A stretch of DNA of 64,000 nt. It comes from Camelus dromedarius. Its lineage: Eukaryota. How positions within the stretch are numbered: the first letter of the stretch is position 1; each line of letters begins with the position of its first letter. Under the pieces are notes generated by a model. The model ran no database searches and was not told where the DNA came from. It was given only the letters and a program-made list of their open reading frames with translations. The stretch spans positions 42,286,001-42,350,000 of the forward strand of contig NC_087447.1 of assembly GCF_036321535.1 (NCBI RefSeq), read 5' to 3'. Of this stretch, positions 60,013 to 64,000 are shown one piece after another. Made by a program: the position numbers and the translations under genes.

Positions 60013-61726
60013 TTAATGATAGTAAGAGATGATATAATCTAAAAGAACAGCATGAGGTGAGACAGATTCACAAAAACATTAAAGCTCCTCCAATGTCGGC
60101 CTTTCATAATAAAAGGCTAGATTTGGAAAAGTACAAACCCTTATTTAAATATAAAAGGGACTTTCACTGCTTCACTACTTAGTTGCAAAGGACAAGACCA
60201 CAAAAAGACTAATGTAAGAACATTCATAGCAGCCTTATTTGTAATACTAAAATCCTGAAACCACCCAGATGTCTATTAACTTGTAAATAAACTGTAGGAC
60301 ATCCATACAATGGAATACTACTTGGCAATAAAAAGGAACAAACTATCATAACACAACATGAATATACCATAAAGTATATTAAACAAAAGATGGCAGATAC
60401 AAAAAATTATAAAAATTACCTTTATATTAGGTTCTAGAAAAGGTAAAATTAATCCATGGTGCTAGGAATCAGAATGGTGCTGATGGTAGGAATGACTAGA
60501 CCCAGTCATGAGCAAACATTCTAGGTGATCATTACATGGATGCCTATGACTGTCATAACTCACCAAAATGTTTACTTATATATGCATCCTTATTATTATA
60601 AATTATAAGAAAAAAATATAAAATATAACTTTAAGTTAAATATGTACAGAAAATAACCAACCAAATTAGTTTCCTATGCAATGGGAGATGTCCTATTTAT
60701 TTCTTCTGTATTTTCTTTAAGATAAAAGTTTGAGCAATAAACTACAAAACAGTAAGTTGGTCTCACTTATCCACTAATAAAGTTATGTTGGATAAATTAC
60801 ATAACCTTCCCATGTCTCTGTTTAAAATAAATTCAGAGGGATGTTTTTTGAAGATTAAATAAGTAAGGTATGTAAAAGAACTTAAAACACACTAGGTATT
60901 CAGGACTTGTAAATTCCCTACCTCTCTAGAAAACTAGGTTATATTGAAAAATTGTAGTTATTTTACGAATTGTCATTAATGTGGAAAAAATAGAGACAAT
61001 TCTGTATATACTAAAGACCACTGAATTGTACACTTTGAAATGGTGAATGCTATAGTATGTGAGTTATATCTCTTTAAAGTTGTTATTTAAAAAGCAAATA
61101 ACATTACTAACTACAAAGTTTGACCAACTTGTAAATCAAATTCTTCCCCTATTCATGTGTGCCTACCAAATTAGCAGGCTAAAATCTAGCTATGGGCTCT
61201 TTGTTTCTTTAATTTTTTTTATCGAATCTTTGTTTCTTTTTGAGATATAATTGATATATAACATTGCATTAGTTTAGGGTGTACAACATGATTTAATGTC
61301 TGTATATACTGTGAAATGATTACCACAGTAAATTTCAGGAGATGGTCAAAAGGTACAAACTTCCAGTTAGATAAAAAAGTTCTGAGAATGTAATGTACAA
61401 CATGGTGACTGTAGTTAACAATACTGTATTATTTATCTGAAGGTTGCTAAGTGAGTAGAGATCTTAAAAGTTCTCATCACAAGAAAAAAAGTTGTGTCAG
61501 GTGATACATGTTATGAACTAAATTAAAAACTGAAGAAAAGAGAATTACGATGGAATAAACAAAGATACAATCACTTAAATAACGTAAGAAATAACCCTTT
61601 ACAATTTTTCACTTAGTATATGCACATATGTAAACACATGAAAGGTTTTCTCTTTAAAAAATCTGCATCACAAATTATAAGTTCATAAAGAATGTAATAG
61701 CAAACAAATGTCAGTTAAAATTCTCA

Positions 61727-61870
<144 letters not shown>

Positions 61871-63259
61871 CTAAATTAAAATCAAGAGTCAATTATTTTT
61901 AGACCCTTACAAAAGAAAATCCAACTTTCTTTTAGTCTTCACAAAATCTACAAAAAGTACTTCATTCAACTCGCATTTCCTGTTTCTAGTACATAAGCAA
62001 ATTTCTCATCTGGCTGATATGGTTTGTTATCTACAAGGTAAACTGTGGCAAAGGCAGTAGGCATCCTTGTCTTATTCCCAAATTACTGGAAATGTATCTT
62101 ATTTTTACCATTAGGTATGGTATTTAATGTGGATTTCTAGGGAACATCTTTTATCAAGATAAGGAAATTTCTATTCTAGTATTCTTAGAGTTTTTCTTAA
62201 AAGCAGGCTCATAAAATTAATATACTACTTAGGATTTTAGGACCTCTATTTTCACAAATGAGACAGGACTATATTTGAATTCAGGATATGCTAGCCTCAA
62301 AAAATTAAGTGGGTCCTATGCCGTAGAACAATTAATAAAAAACTTATTTTTATAATCTAAAAGTTGTGATTCTACCAGGGGAAAAAAGGCTAACAATATA
62401 GATACTGTCTATCCAAATCACTTTTAAATAATTAAATAAGAAAGAGCCATTAGGGAGATATTAGATTATCTTTAAAGATCTAGCAAAGACATGAAAAATC
62501 CAACCAAACAGTGGAGTGAGTCAGTTATAATAATCTTAGTGGAAGTAAAGTCACAGGTCTATTTTAAATGAGATTTTAAAAAATAAGTAATAATATGAAA
62601 TGAACCAAAGTCCTCGTAGAAGAGATGAATATTTTTATGCCTTATAAGGCACAAAAAGAACCAGAATTTTAATCTTAGTCAAAAACTCTGTTTCATAAGT
62701 AATTACAGTCCACTGCAAATATAGATACAACAATTTCCTTAGTGGGATCTTTTATCCCAGGAAGATTTAAAACAAGGTACAAAGATAATAAAGCCCATTA
62801 CTGTGTACCAGTCAAGTCACAGTGTTAGTTATTTTTGTGTTAAGCTTAGGAATAGGTTTTGTAATAATTGGGACAATCTCTGTATATTTGGCATATCAGA
62901 GCAAATGTACGATGTAAACTCTAATTGAGTAACTGATTTTCAGACTCGTGAACTCTTAAGGTTGAAAGATAAAAATTTTTTACTAACTTTGTAAACAGTG
63001 TTGGATAGTTTAAGAGAATTTAAGATTAACCATTTATTTATAATTTAAGGTTTATTAGAGTTGTTTCTGTATTCGGGAAAGTGTGCTTGGTTAGACTTTT
63101 AATGTATTTATAATTTTCGCAATTTATATCTAATTAGCAAATCATCCACTTAATTTAGTTTTTCAAATGAAATTATTCAGATGCTGAAATTCTTTATCAT
63201 TGTTCAAGGTGGCAAATGATAGGCTGACTTTTTATGTAAAAACTACTTTATAAAATTAC

Positions 63260-63416
63260 CTGAACAAGGGCATAGAAGATCTTGAAAATCTGTTTCTGGA
63301 TGAGGACAGACTGATCAGATTGATCAGAAAGAAGCTGAATAAATCGGTCCTTCAGAACTGGCAGGAAATGCTGCATTGCCGCTACCAATGGACTCCGTTC
63401 CTCTGGTTTCTTATAC
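63260..63416 (-). CDS. IPO7: IPO7 exon 5, 157 nt
   Basis: (E)[52 protein letters not shown]. Confidence 0.96.
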
Positions 63417-64000
63417 CTTTGGGTAGGAATACAAACTAATTCTGTGAGAATTTACTCACAATTTTACTTACATATTTATGACATATAAACTTAAACTATT
63501 TGTCTGTTCATACAAATATAAGCAAATACTTCCTAAGCAACTTTATACTCCTAGAAAGAAAAAGAAAAACCTATGGAATCAAACCACAAGCAAAAGCAAC
63601 TTGAGAAAAACCTCAAATAATAACAATATCTTAAGTTTACTGAGCATTTATTATGAGGTAAATACTCTTTAAGGTCCCATTAGTATCCTCACCTCTGTAG
63701 CAGAGGAAACTGAAGCACAGAGAAGTTAAGTATCTTTCCCAGTGTATACGTCTAGGTATGAACCTCAGCGGCTTCAGGATCTGCCCTGTTAACCACTTCA
63801 CTATGCTCTAACTATGAATAGTGATACAACTGAGAAACTACAATAATATGGCTTTTAAACATTAGCAGCTTATCAATATGAAACAGATTATATATTATCA
63901 TCGTTAAATAAATTACTTATCAAGAGCATTAAGGCAGAAGTGGCATCTCTAAAGCAGATATTCTACTTCGAAAAGCAGTATAAATCAGTTTTTTTGTAAC

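Overview
Mammalian genomic DNA, most likely a camelid, inferred from abundant tRNA-Ala(AGC)-derived SINEs resembling the Vic-1 family. Two protein-coding genes lie in tandem on the minus strand. IPO7 (importin 7) contributes exons 5-25 and its 3' UTR (~42410-63416), with the H/ACA snoRNA SNORA23 in intron 13; its 5' end is beyond the window. ZNF143 (Staf) contributes a CpG-island promoter, a non-coding exon 1 and coding exons 2-10 (570-~35800); its 3' end is beyond the window. All coding exons were placed by hand from GT/AG boundaries, and each gene splices into one open frame. Introns are full of L1 3' ends (one nested set), camelid SINEs with target-site duplications, MIR/L2 and hAT DNA-transposon fossils. 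No novel protein system was seen. The most interesting signals concern ZNF143 regulation: three ZNF143-site-like motifs over its own exon 1, a spliced 55-codon uORF overlapping the start codon, a candidate intron-1 cassette exon that would truncate that uORF, a NAGNAG acceptor, a candidate poison exon, and inverted SINE pairs that could promote circular RNAs. Gene names, exon numbers and repeat family names rest on recalled sequences, not on searches; repeat boundaries are approximate.
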